NCBI RefSeq assembly: GCF_001194135.2
Contig: NC_068984.1
Span: forward strand, 105,098,103-105,162,102
Direction of reading: 5' to 3'
Length of the DNA stretch: 64,000 bases
From: Octopus bimaculoides
Taxonomy: Eukaryota
Positions 1-13,869 of the stretch are shown here, piece after piece. Positions within the stretch are counted from its first letter, which is position 1. Each line of letters begins with the position of its first letter. The notes under the pieces were generated by a model that was given only the letters and a program-made list of their open reading frames with translations, was not told where the DNA came from and ran no database searches. A program made the translations under genes and the position numbers.

Positions 1-104
1 TATATATATATATATATTTCACTTAGGCTTTGTGCTACCTCATTTTCTTTGTAAGGTGATTATTGTTAAGAAAAGCAATCAGCTGTAAAAGGCATGCCAA
101 AACT

Positions 105-285
105 GACTTTTGTTAGTGCCATGTAAAAAGCACTCAGTCCACTCTGCAGGGTTGTTGGTATTAGAAAGGGCATCCAACCATATAAACAGATAGTGAAGCC
201 TGATATGGTCTTCTGCCTAGCCAGCTCTTGTCAAACCATCCAACCCATGCCAGCATGAAAAACGAACATTAAATGACAATGATTA
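105..285 (+). mobile_element. Short interspersed repeat (RTE-type 3' tail family), diverged copy
   Basis: Shares the aagggcatcc...aacccatgccagcatg..aacattaaatga block with many other copies in the window. Confidence 0.7.
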
Positions 286-344
286 TTTATATATTTATAT
301 ATATTTGTGTGTGTATATGTGTTTATGTATTTGCATCAAACATT

Positions 345-580
345 TATCTTCCCTGCTATTATGGGTTGGATGGTTTGACAGAATCCAGTGAACCAAAGGT
401 TTTTATTGAGCTTCAATGTTAGCATGGTTTCTATAGCTGGATACCCTTCTTAATGCCAACCCCTTTACTAAGTGAATAAGGTGCTTTTTTGTGACACCAG
501 CACTAGAGAGGTTGCCAAGCAACCTATAAGACAAAATACCTTCAACTGAGTAGTATTGTAGTAGAGAGAGAGATAACTTT
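345..580 (-). mobile_element. Same RTE-tail repeat family, inverted copy
   Basis: atgggttggatggtttgacag...agctggatacccttcttaatgccaacc is the reverse complement of the family core. Confidence 0.7.
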
Positions 581-1439
581 ATGCCAGGTGTTAAGAGGTT
601 AAAGAGAAGATACATGGTTACTCTGCATTTTATGAGAGTAGGAGGGAGTATTGGAAAGAAGACAAAGATGGTGGTGAGGAGGTATCGTAACATACTCTCA
701 AGATACAGGAAGTTGAGTATAAGAGTGAAAAGGGACAGAAGATTGGGAATAATTGGTGGACACATTCATTAGAATGTTAGAGGAGAGTGACAGATGGTTA
801 GAAATGAATATAAAGGTAAATGGAACAAGGATGAATTTGTGATAAATATTAGTATGGCAGGAAGAAGGGGAAAGAATTGGATTGACCTTACAACTCTTCT
901 GAAGAACTTTACTAAAAAAATTATTTTGTTCCAACCAATTTTAGCTCTATTTTCCTATGTTCTGCTATATGCAAGGGTTTTTTTTTTCTTAACTGTGTTG
1001 CTAAGCATTTTGAAATGAAGTGTCTCCCTATAATGGCATAAGTACTTCAGGCAATTATTTTATCGATATTACAGTAATGTATAATAAACTAGGGTTATCA
1101 AACAAATACATGTTATATAACAATATGATAGGCTGTATAATTATCAGCAGCACCACCACCACTATAAAAAAAAACATAGCATTTTGTCATTATAAAAAAA
1201 AACATGCAAATTGCAAATATTATAGCTGGCAGGATATTGTTCATTCTTTCATATTATATTTGGAATTACATAATCAGTTTTTTACCTCGTCATTGTTTTA
1301 TCATCCACTTATAAATGCTTGCATGGGTCAGATGGAGTTTATTGAGGCAGCTTTCCTGCAACTCTATGCCTTTTCTGTTGCCAACCTTCATCTATGCATG
1401 AGCAAGATAATATTTGCCTATGGCCAGACATGATTTTTA

Positions 1440-1670
1440 TGGTTGTCTAGAAACAAACATCCCTTGATGGTGATGCTCATTCACAAGTCAAGGTACACAC
1501 ACACACACACATAATAGGCTTCTTTCAGTTCTTGTCTATCAAATCCACTCACAACACTTTGGTTAGCCTGGAGCTACAGTAGAAGACTCTTACTCAGGGT
1601 ACCACATAATGAGACTGAACCTGAAACCACACAGTTGGAAAGCTAGCTTTTAAACCAAACATCATGCTTG
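1440..1670 (-). mobile_element. tRNA-derived SINE, diverged copy
   Basis: cttctttcagtt..aaatccactcaca...gagactgaacctgaaaccac matches the 26013 copy in reverse. Confidence 0.6.
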
Positions 1671-2763
1671 ATAGGAAAATGTCTTAACTGGGATAATTAT
1701 TTGTAACTTTACAGTTTAAGGAATTATTCAATAGCTGTTATTCTCACCATTAAAAAAAAAAGTGCCAAAAAAATATAAAACTGCTTTTAAAAAAAAAATT
1801 AATTGTTGTAAAAGGAATGAATGTAGAATTGTGTTTTGGCAGTTGTCTTTTTGAGGAAAGAGTGTAGTACCAGAAATTGTAGTCGTTCAGTTTTAAGAAT
1901 TCATAAAGAAATTGAACTTCAATATGCTGTGCTATCATGGTATAATTACATTTCTTTATAAATTCAACTTCACTGCCTTATCCATTTTCATATCTACTCC
2001 AATCATTACCTCTAATTATACAATTATACTGCATACTTTTCATTCCTTGTTCAATAAGATCTCATTTAAACTACAATTGTAATTTCTAATCTCTTAGTAA
2101 ATTTCTATTATGTATGCCATATGTGCATTCTTTTAATTTTGTAAAATGTCATATTTATTTACTTATTTTTCATTTCCATCTTAAAAGTAGATATTTTAGC
2201 AATGTAATACAACTCTTTGATTGCTAAACTTGTTCTCTCTCTATATATATGTGTGTGTGTATTTGTGTCACACACTCATGTAGAACTGCTGTACAAATTG
2301 CATTAGTTTTTCCTTACCACTATTCTCTAGAAGATAAACATTTTCCAATTTCTCCTTTACTTTTATCCTTATATTTCTAAATCAATGTTTTTGAAAATAG
2401 TAACTTAGAGCCAAGAGGTTGAAGATACACAGGGGGTTAAAAAATTATTAGGAAATTAGGTGTCAATAGAATTTGAAGGGAAAAGTGCATAATATAATAT
2501 ACGTGATCAACTTCAGTGACTTAAGTTTCTATTGATTTATAAATTGAAGAGGAGACTGTCAGGCAGTCGACTGAAGTTGCACTGAGAAAGCTGATGTAAA
2601 TGTTTCTTTATTTTCTTAACATACTTTCTGGATTTTAGTCAAATTCTGACACCAAACGGAAAGATTTTTGCAAAGATTTGTATTACAAAATGATTTTTTG
2701 TTGTTTTGTTTTTTTTGACCCTTGTCAGTGGCATTGGCAATTTGAACATATCCTTTTGATCTC

Positions 2764-3174
2764 TGATTAAATGTATTCCGCTTAAAGTGGAGGGAAGTTG
2801 TGGAAGAGGGAGACCCAGGAAGACATGAGATGAAGTATTGAAGGCACATCTCAAAACGTTGAACCTTACAAAGGAGATGACAGAAGACCGAGATATATGG
2901 TGAATTGCTGTTCTCAAGAAGACCCACTCACCACAACAGAATTGATTCTTTGAAACCAAGGTGCCACATAAAAGAAAAAGCATTGGTCTGGGTGGTGGTG
3001 TCATGTAAAAAGTACCCAGTACACTCTGTAAAGCAGTTAGCATTAGGAAGGGCATCCAGCTGTAGAAGCCAAACCAAAACAGACTATGGAACTTGGTGTG
3101 TCCCCTGGCATTGCCACTTCCTGTCAATCTATCCAACCCATGCCATGGAAAACATGTTAAATGATGATGATGAT
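2764..3174 (+). mobile_element. RTE-clade LINE 3' fragment (RT C-terminus, 3' UTR and (GAT)n tail)
   Basis: Translates to [39 protein letters not shown]; continues into the shared tail ending atgatgatgatgat. Confidence 0.8.
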
Positions 3175-5223
3175 ATTTCACATTTAAACATCAGCATCAT
3201 CTATCATGACTAGAAGTACTTTGAAATGGTAGAAAATAAATTCCAGCTTATCATTCATCACCATATATGAAGTTGTTATTGGCCCAACCAAGTGAAATGC
3301 CACTGACTTTTGAAAAGCCTGTTTGATGATTAATTCTTTTTTTTTTTTTTTTTTTCAATAAGAGTTTCAACTATCTTATTATGCACGTTACATTTTAACA
3401 GTGATAAAATAATATTGAAAAAGAGGCAGTTTGTATGTTGATCTTCATGGCAAAGTAATAAACTACCCTCGGCAATCTTGAGAGTGATTATGATTTAAAT
3501 ATTGCTCGCCATTATATTTGTGCCTAACTTCACTAGTAACCAATCTGCGGGTGGCTAAGCAATGATTACCATTCTGGTTATGGTAAAAAAAATTTGTTAA
3601 CCTCATATTCTAAGTAACACAGTTATAGTTCGTGTAATACCATCTCCTTATTCATTGTCTTATACCATCATTCTCCGACAGGATAATTAACTTTACTCTG
3701 CATAATGTATTCACTCTGGAGAAGCATAACTCCTCTTTAACAATATGTTAAGTCTAACTGAACTGTGATCAAAAACATTCCAGCTATGGATATTTCATCT
3801 TTTAGAGGTAGATATTCAGTAGTATATTATCCAATGCATCTTTCCTTGTCAAAGATGTAGATTTGATTTCAAGGACACTTGGCTGCTGTTTCTAACATAT
3901 CAAACCACCACATAGAAGTTCCCTTATTGGTTTGTGTACCTTTATAGTATTATATGTAATTGACATTGAATTAGTAGTAGTATTTCAATGTTAGTTATAG
4001 TGGCCGCTTTCCACATTCTGACACAATTTCAAGGACATTTTTTACTCCGTGGATGATATTACCAATGAATAAGTATTGAATTCGTAAATACTAGCAATGC
4101 TAACAAATAAAAGAATAAAAGAATTACAAGAGTAATGTTACACAAAATTTATAGAATTATTTTGAATGGGTTTATCTGGAGGCAGCATAATCAAGTTCAG
4201 AGCAATAAAGCAGATGAGACAACTGTTAGTTAACAATAAATTAGTAGTATTAATGAATGAGAGCTTTCTATTGAATCATCATTGTTTTACAGTGTGTTGA
4301 TAACACTGCAATGAAAGTCTGTCCAATGAAGCATAAGTTTTCCCATTGGATGAAGCCATAGCATGACTTCATTCTGACATTCTCATAGTGTTTTCAAGGC
4401 AGAAATATTGGAGTAATTTGCCATTGCCTCCCCCAATTGGATGGCTGTTGACCCATAATGAGTTGGGATAATTATTTATTACTTTATAATTTAAGAAATT
4501 ATTCAATAACTATTATTCTCACCAATAAAAAATGGTAAAAAAAATATAAAACTGCTTTTTTTCTAAGAAAAAGAAGCAAAATACTAACTGTAAAAGGAAT
4601 AAATATAGTTGTGTTTTTGTTGTTATCTGCTTGAGAAAAGTGTAGCCCTGCTGGGTGTCCAGATACCCTTCTCACAAGAGTAGCAAGCCAGTTTAGTTAC
4701 CAACCATCTGACCATAAAGCAGGTAGTACTGATTTACATGGTACTGGTAGCAGGTCTCATCAGCCTGTGATGAGATCCCTGACCTGACATTATTCTTTTG
4801 AACAGAAGTACTTTTTTCACTGCTATTGTCCATGTGAGTATGCATGATAATGGATACTCTATGGTAGACAATATTGTCTATGTACAGCTCTGGATAGAAA
4901 AGTGCACTGATTTTTCTCCATTTGTACATCAACAATGCAAGAATCTCAAATGAATTTATTACCCCTTTTGTCTTTATTTTTATAATCTAAGAGAGTTAAA
5001 ATATCATTTTCATAATTTTGTACTTAGAGTGAAAGTAAGTATGAAAATTGCCCTTAAGAAAAAAGCTTTTTTTTTATATATATTGACCGTTTGGCACATA
5101 CATTCATGCAACTCACTATTTAAGGGTTAAAAAACTAGTTTTTCATTTTTGAAGAAATCCTTTGAATCCATCTGTGTGCAATACACTTTTGGCTGTGTGA
5201 CAAGTATTTGCTGCACTTTTCTA

Positions 5224-5450
5224 TAACCTTTTTGTTGTTATATGTCTGTTGAAAATACAGTCTTTGTTTCAATTAGCTTTGAAAATAGTAAAGGATTTGT
5301 TAAAATAATTTTGTCACTATCAAACTGGTGTTTGGAACATAAATTAACATGAAATTCTGATGAAAGGTTTTAATTAAGATCATTTTAAGCGTGGGTATTT
5401 GTATCATAGAATCAAAAGCAGTTTCAGGTAGGTTGGTACCAAAAGAATTA
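5224..5450. mobile_element. Possible MITE with degenerate piggyBac-like ends
   Basis: Ends taaccttttt and aaaagaatta resemble eroded TTAA-CCC...GGG-TTAA termini; about 230 bp, non-coding. Family recognised from memory only. Confidence 0.35.
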
Positions 5451-5815
5451 GATATATTAAAATGCAGAATTTATCACTTGACAAATATTCTACTAGCATT
5501 TAATTTCAAACTCCTTTTATAGTTTTGAAGGTTTTTACAAATCCTGTTGAACTCACAATTTCTTATTATTCAAGCAAGTTTGAGTGGAAAATATTTCAAG
5601 TGGTGGTGGACTTCATTTATATTTCCTATACTGAAGATTTCTAACAGATTTTAAAGTTAGTTTGAAAATATATATTTCATTTACATAATCATACTTTTTT
5701 TAAGAATGTTCAGAAATAAGTGTCTTCATATGTTTAACTTTTTTTTAAACTTTTTTTAATAGTTTGACATTTCAGATGGTATGTATATATTTATTTTTTA
5801 ACTATATTTTTAAAG

Positions 5816-5905
5816 GTGAAATGGATAGAGCAACAAATTTCAAAACACAGAGTCAAAAGAAATGTTAACTTTAACGACCCAAAGTGGACTATGATGTGGT
5901 ATTTG
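5816..5905 (+). CDS. FURIN: Furin exon A (90 nt): propeptide end and maturation site, [30 protein letters not shown]
   Basis: Acceptor tttttaaag, donor gtaagt; phase 0/0; homologous to furin VQWLEQQ..RTKR..DP...WYL. Confidence 0.95.
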
Positions 5906-6633
5906 GTAAGTTTAAATTTTAAACTATTCATTTATAGATTAGTTTCTGTTTGAAAAATTTAATTTCAAGTGTGATTAATTTCCAAATTTCTTTTAATATC
6001 TATCTTGTAGAATCGTGGACATGGTCTTGATATGAATGTTAGAAGAGCCTGGGAAAGAGGCTATACAGGACAAGGCGTTGTTGTAACTATTCTAGATGAT
6101 GGAATTGAAAGAGATCATCCAGATCTTAGGAGAAATTATGTGAGTAAATACTCTTTTTTCTTAAATTTTTGTAAAATTGGTTTTTAATAAATCACACAGG
6201 CCTTCGCTTCTAAAATTTGAGTAGACATATAACTCCTTTATATTAAGAAACCTGTTCTGCTCTGGCCTTTTCCTTCATACTTTAACTCTTCTCCTAGCAT
6301 AAATCCACTGCTTCCTCAGAGTTCATAGCCTTGCAAGCTGCATGATAACTTCACTAGTGGTGGTAGAATGAAAAAGACCACCCAGTACACTCTTGGAGGT
6401 GGTTGGCATTTGGAAGGGCATCAAGGTGTGGAAACCATGTTAAAGCAGACATTGGAGCATGATGCAATCTTTGGACCCATTAGATTTTGATGGTGAAACT
6501 TATTAATTTTGGCTTTTTAAATTAATCTTAAATCAGTGAGCGATTATATTATTCCTAGATTTGAGAAACAATTACAACAATGTCTTCTTTTTTTTTAATG
6601 AGATTGTGTATTATAATTACAAATTGATCAATA

Positions 6634-6720
<87 letters not shown>

Positions 6721-9700
6721 NNNNNNNNNNNNNNNNNNNNNNNNNNNNNNNNNNNNNNNNNNNNNNNNNNNNNNNNNNNNNNNNNNNNNNNNNNNNNNNN
6801 NNNNNNNNNNNNNNNNNNNNNNNNNNNNNNNNNNNNNNNNNNNNNNNNNNNNNNNNNNNNNNNNNNNNNNNNNNNNNNNNNNNNNNNNNNNNNNNNNNNN
6901 NNNNNNNNNNNNNNNNNNNNNNNNNNNNNNNNNNNNATATATATATATATATATATATACAGAGAGAGAGAGAGAGAGGTTTTATGGGTGTAGCTTGAAT
7001 TCTGCTTCATCACTAATAGAAGATATAATTATTTAATCAAAAAAGCAACATAAGTTGTCCACTCACACTTCATAAATTCATTGCTCCTCCTCCTTACTTC
7101 CTTTCACCCTTATGTTTTGGGCTGCAAAGCACTGCTTGAAACACTTTCCTTCTACTTCTTTTCTTTATTCACCATGTTCTTTTACTTTCACTGTTGAAAA
7201 GATTAAAAGATACTAATGTATCTTTTTCTCTTGTTCTTTCCTGCTACTTTGACTCTTCTACTAAATCATTTACTTATTATTAATTTAAAAAATTACGAAT
7301 TTCATAGTCTCTCTTCCTCTACTGGAAATGAGTTTCTCTTTTGGGATTCTTATCCATATATCACTCCATAATTCCTTTTACCTGTATACTATGGAACTAA
7401 AAATTTAAAACTCATTTCGTATGTGGTTTTTACTACACTTAATCTATTATATATGTATTGGATTGACCTTATGGGTTGCATGTTTAAGTGTTAGCATTTC
7501 ATTATTATTTGGCTAGCTTCCAGAGATAGGTTTAGAAGAGAAAACTTTTATCACTAGAATCTTTTGTAAGCTTTGAATCTCTCTAACAACTTCATTAAAT
7601 TCAAATTACTTTTCTTTTGTAAACTTTTATAATGCATTATATGCTGTTTTTCTTTTTATTGAAAAAGAGAAAAGTAAAAGAAAAGTGTCAATATCTGCTT
7701 TGAAAATCGTCACTTAATAGTTTTGTGCTGCAGTATTCAAGTCAATACTGAAGCTGTTTATTTCAGCAAGTTTTATTGTTAGTGCGCTAGACAAGTCTGA
7801 ATATCTTAAGGTGATGTGAAATGAAAATCATTTCTGACAAGTACATTAAATTATTTAGGATTTGTCTAAATAATAAATGTAATAAACAAAATAACAAGAA
7901 AATGCTCTGCAGTTTAGTTTAACAATTCATTTTACCACATCACTTATTTTACACTGTGTTTTTGATAACTCACTGGAAATACCTGTTTACTCTTCTTTTG
8001 TAAATATTTACTTGCTTGCATTTGGCAAATTGTGGTTAGTTGAATCACTGATTTTTATCTCATACATTTTAACATTCACTCTCTGTTTCCTGTGTAACTT
8101 TAAGAGGATTTAACCAATATCTAAGAATTATTGCTATAGTTGAAATCATTGAAATTATTATATCTTCCTCCCATACACATACATTCTGAATGAGTTATAA
8201 TTATCAAACATTTGTGATTTCATTTTACACAATGAAATTGTGTGAAATTCAGTCTTGTTCTCTGTTCCCATTATATTTTTTATGAGACTAGCTTTTATCA
8301 GTATACATGATATATATATNNNNNNNNNNNNNNNNNNNNNNNNNNNNNNNNNNNNNNNNNNNNNNNNNNNNNNNNNNNNNNNNNNNNNNNNNNNNNNNNN
8401 NNNNNNNNNNNNNNNNNNNNNNNNNNNNNNNNNNNNNNNNNNNNNNNNNNNNNNNNNNNNNNNNNNNNNNNNNNNNNNNNNNNNNNNNNNNNNNNNNNNN
8501 NNNNNNNNNNNNNNNNNNNNNNNNNNNNNNNNNNNNNNNNNNNNNNNNNNNNNNNNNNNNNNNNNNNNNNNNAGTATGTGTGTGTGCATATATGTATATG
8601 TAGTGTGTGTGTTTTGTTTGCAGTGTGCGTGTATGTATGTATGTATGTATGTGTACATGTGGGTATGTGCATACATGTAAGGTTGTGTCTGTGGAGTAAT
8701 TGTACTTTACTCTGCGTGTGTGTGTGTACATTTATGTATAATTGTGTGCATGTATGTATGAGTGTGTGCTGTGTGTGTATGGGAGGTATGTGTGGGTTCA
8801 TTTGCGTGTGCATGTATGTGTGTGTGTTGGTATATATGTGTGCATGTGAGTGTATGTGCGTGTGTACATGTGTGTGTATGTGCATGTTTATGCATGTGCG
8901 TATGTATGTGTATGTGGATGTAGTTGTGTGTGCGTGTGTCAGCCATAGAAAATACACCTCAGTAAACTGCATCTGATCTATGCAAGCATGGAAAGGTGGA
9001 CATTAAAATGATGATGTATATAACTGTCATCATCTTTTGACATCTGTTTTCCGTGCTAGCTTGAGTTGGCTGGTTTAACAGGATCCGGTGGGTAGGAGGA
9101 CTGTTATACCCAAGTCTGCTTTAGCATGGTTTCTGTTACTGGAAGCCCTTTCTAATGCCAACTATTCTAGTGTGTACTGGGTGCTCATTTTCATAATTAC
9201 AAGCACTACTGAAGTCACCATGTAGCTTGCAAGACTAAGATCCCCATCAATTGAGTGTTGCTATAGTTGATAGGGAGACAGCTTTAAATTTGGTGATGGA
9301 AGGTTAGGGTATGAAGGAAATGACCGAAATAGGTTTTTTGCCATGGAGGATATACATGGTCGTATACTCGTATCTGGAAAATTTGCTGTAAACATTTTTG
9401 CTAAAGGAAAATTCACTGTAAGACAAATTTTCGATATGAACAATGATAAAGTATATTATAAAAATAGAAAAAAGTGAATTATAAAAGGATTTATGAAAGC
9501 ATTTAATATGCAAGTCTTTATTTAGCATTAAACATTATATAAATGTGATGAAGTCATTTAAAACATGTGAAAATTCCAAGCAATGCTGCATAAATAATGT
9601 ATATTTTGTTGTGGATTGTATCAAAGCATTTGTCTCTGAAGCTTTGCATTAACATTGATATACTTTTCTTCATTGCTACTGCATCTCCTCAATCTAAATC

Positions 9701-12700
9701 ACACATTTTCTTTTTTGCTAAACTCTTTTTTTTCCAGATATTTGGATGCATGTTAGTAACAGAGCTTTGTATTGCATTGTTGAAGCCTTCTACGCTGTTG
9801 TTTGTTCTGATCATATTATTTTCTGAGTTCTTTCGAAAACATTCCACAATTCTGTAGGAAATGTTGGCTCCATTCTTCACTTTCAAATACCTCGACCTGG
9901 TTCTCTTCCTATATAGTGGGTTTCAAAGTAAGATACAAATTCTTGGGGCAAATCATCATCATCAGTCAATTCAACAAATCCATCAATAACATCACACACC
10001 AGAAGAAATGCTAATGTTGTGAAGTATATAATTTTGTTAAATGCTGAGAACTTTAAATCAATATCCACAATTTAGATATATGAAATAAACAACCTGTTGT
10101 GAATGTTTGAGAGAAAGTATTGATAGATGCTTTCTTAAAGTCAACCATTAAGGTTTTGGGCTTTAATGATGGGTGTAAGCCCTTTAGGGCACTGAAAAGT
10201 CTGCTGTACATTACTCGGATTTACCAGGAAGCAAAGCAAAAAGACATGAGATGTTAATACTTCTTACGACAAAATACAGCATGAATAACTGATAATATTT
10301 ATATATCAGGGCTGCATTTGAATGTACCATTGCAAGCCCAATTATTATTATTCTGATCATCTAATCCCATTTATATTCCAAACACTAAAATTCTCTTGGC
10401 ATCATCTTCACCACTATCATATAATAAAAACTGATTGCCAGTTTGAAGAAATTAATATTCTTCCTCATAAGTATTTATCAAAGGAGGCACACAAGCACAC
10501 TGTAAACTAGGTAACTCATATTAAAATTTTAAAGAAATTACCTTTCTCTAATTGTTATCTTAATGAGGAAGTTGCCAGAAGTTACAGTTTAAAGAAAGCA
10601 ACTAATATTTTACTTTGTTTTTGTGTCTGGTGTGCAAGATTCTTTATGTAAATTTGCATGTTGAAACAAATTTTATTGTCTAGGGAGAGTCATTATGCCA
10701 ATATAATTAACACACACTGGTTCAATTTCACTCTTTCTTTATTATTAGTCAACTGGTTAAATATCCAACTAACTAAACGATTGTTTAATTTGTTTTGCTT
10801 TTGTTTGTCAAAGTTCTTTTGTTGCTATTTGCAACATTTTCAATGACTATTGGTTAAATATCCAATTATTAGTTAGTTGGATATTTAACTAATTGACTAA
10901 TAATAAAGAAGGAATGAAATTGAACCAATGCATGTGTTTATTATATTAGCATAATGACTCTCCCTAGACAACAAAAAGCATTTTTTTTTAACAGCAAATA
11001 GACTTACAGCAAATTTTCTAATGTGAATTTTCCTACAGTGAAATTTCTTACAGCAAATTTTCCCACAGCAAAAATGTTTACAGCTAAATTTCTTATAATT
11101 GTCATCACTCACATTACACAGTGGATGGGAGTAATCAGTGTGTGATGTGTGTACATAATGTGTATGTACACAACTGGGGTTTTCCCCACAAGTGACTTCC
11201 TATTGACATGCATCTCTCATTTTTACCATTGACCACCCAATCCTTGTTTATATCCATTTCTCACTCTCTTCTAATATACTTTCAACCTTTAACTCTATTT
11301 ATCATCCCCTATCAGTCATGCCCTGATCACTCTTCTATTTGTATTCTGCTGTTGTAAGTAATGAAAACAGTACCTATTACTACGTACCATAATATATTTC
11401 CATTTCTCTGCTGCTAAATACTACTCCTCTTCTGAGCTGTTTCCAGTTGACAATTATCCCTCATTTTTATCATTGTCGCCCACCCCTATACCCCATTCAC
11501 TATAGTAATTTCCTATATATATATATATATATATACTGGGTCATCCCATAAATAATGCGGTTTGTTTCAATTGCGTGAACTAAGAGTCAGAGGGGGACAG
11601 GATAAACCACAGAGGTTGGACAAAATAATGGAAACACCTTAAAATTACAAATAAATTTATTTTAATATGGGGTAGGACTACCTTTGGCAGTAATTACAGC
11701 TTGAATTCTATCAGGTATGGACTCATACAAATTTTGAATTGTTTCCAGAGGAATTTTTGTCCATTCTTCAGCTAAAGCAGTCTCCGATTCTTGTAGTGAT
11801 GATGGTGGAGGATATCAACTCCTTACTTGCATTTTCTAAAATGCACCATAAATGTTCAATAATATTGAGATCTGGGGACTATGGTGGCCGGATAAGATGT
11901 TCAACTTCGCTAGAATGCACCTCGTGCCATTCAGTAACAACTTTAGCTGTGTGAATTGGTGCATTATTATCCTGAAAGATTGCGTTTCCCTCCAGAAACA
12001 GTTCTGCAACCATAGGATTAATTTGATCAGATAAAATGCTTAAATAGTCTTCACTATTAATTTTGCCATGAAGGGAAACCATTGGGGTGGCAGATTTCCA
12101 AGATATAGCCCCCAGATCATCACAGATCCTCCTCCATGTTTAACAGTTGGAAGAAGGCAGTCTGAGTCAAATGCTTCTTTTGGCTGTCTCCACACGTATA
12201 CTCAGCCAGTGGTCGGAGATAAGGTAAAGGATGACTCATCAGAGAAAATAACATTCTTTCACTGCTCTAGGGACNNNNNNNNNNNNNNNNNNNNNNNNNN
12301 NNNNNNNNNNNNNNNNNNNNNNNNNNNNNNNNNNNNNNNNNNNNNNNNNNNNNNNNNNNNNNNNNNNNNNNNNNNNNNNNNNNNNNNNNNNNNNNNNNNN
12401 NNNNNNNNNNNNNNNNNNNNNNNNNNNNNNNNNNNNNNNNNNNNNNNNNNNNNNNNNNNNNNNNNNNNNNNNNNNNNNNNNNNNNNNNNNNNNNNNNNNN
12501 NNNNNNNNNNNNNNNNNNNNNNNNNNNNNNNNNNNNNNNNNNNNNNNNNNNNNNNNNNNNNNNNNNNNNNNNNNNNNNNNNNNNNNNNNNNNNNNNNNNN
12601 NNNNNNNNNNNNNNNNNNNNNNNNNNNNNNNNNNNNNNNNNNNNNNNNNNNNNNNNNNNNNNNNNNNNNNNNNNNNNNNNNNNNNNNNNNNNNNNNNNNN

Positions 12701-13248
12701 NNNNNNNNNNNNNNNNNNNNNNNNNNNNNNNNNNNNNNNNNNNNNNNNNNNNNNNNNNNNNNNNNNNNNNNNNNNNNNNNNNNNNNNNNNNNNNNNNNNN
12801 NNNNNNNNNNNNNNNNNNNNNNNNNNNNNNNNNNNNNNNNNNNNNNNNNNNNNNNNNNNNNNNNNNNNNNNNNNNNNNNNNNNNNNNNNNNNNNNNNNNN
12901 NNNNNNNNNNNNNNNNNNNNNNNNGCTGTAATGGAAATGACAAATCATATTCAGCGTATATTGCTCTATGCATTCAGTAAAGACATTTATTCCACTCTTC
13001 AAAATCATTTGGACAGAAAAAAATATGAATTCTGTAGACAAGGTCAGAACAGTATTGGAGGAGTATTTTTCGTCATGGACAAGCAAATTTTGGAAGAGGG
13101 GCCTTGCAAGTCTACCAGAAATATAGAAGAGCATTGTAGAAAATGAAAGAGAGTATATTTTAGATTAAAAAAGAACTATATCTTAATTTTGAAAAATAAA
13201 AGAAGTATTAAAAAAACCCCATTATTTATGGAATAACCCATTAATTAT

Positions 13249-13279
<31 letters not shown>

Positions 13280-13830
13280 CTGATATCTCAACCCCATGTT
13301 TGTATCTATACTATATCTCACTCCCCTCACACACTTGTATAATCTCACCCACCCTTCCTCATTGTTCTGCATCCATGCTTTTTTCATCTTGAAATATTAC
13401 CTTGGCACTCATCACCATCATATTTACCTCTCTTACTGGCACCATTCCAGCCTCCCTCACTCCAGCCATCCCCACTCAACCATATAAAATGCTTGGTAGC
13501 CACAAATCTCTTCCACAACATAAACCTGTTTTTGCTCCTCCCATATTTTAACTTCTCAACAGCTTGCATGAAGCAACAGCCCTTTCTCCTATCCTCTTTT
13601 GCAGTTTAAAAAGCTCGATAGTCTTGCGAGTTACAAAACGACCACACTGGTGCTGATTCCACAAAAGGTACACTGTCCACTCTGTAAAGTGGTTGACATT
13701 TGGAAGGGTATTCAGTCGTAGAACCATGCCAAAATGAAACACCAGAGCAAGACATGGTCCTTTGGTTTATTGAATTCTTTCAAAACATCTATCCCTGCTA
13801 ACATAGAAAGTGGATGCAAAAATGATAAGG

Positions 13831-13869
<39 letters not shown>

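Noticed and set aside
1-5815. Upstream furin propeptide and signal-peptide exons
   Set aside because: No segment with splice signals translated to prodomain-like sequence; they probably lie 5' of the window.
6555-8976. Long ORFs rich in Y/I/H/T/C/V/X, also at 12068-13134, 36402-37462 and 52217-52583
   Set aside because: They are artefacts of microsatellites and N runs, which contain no stop codons.
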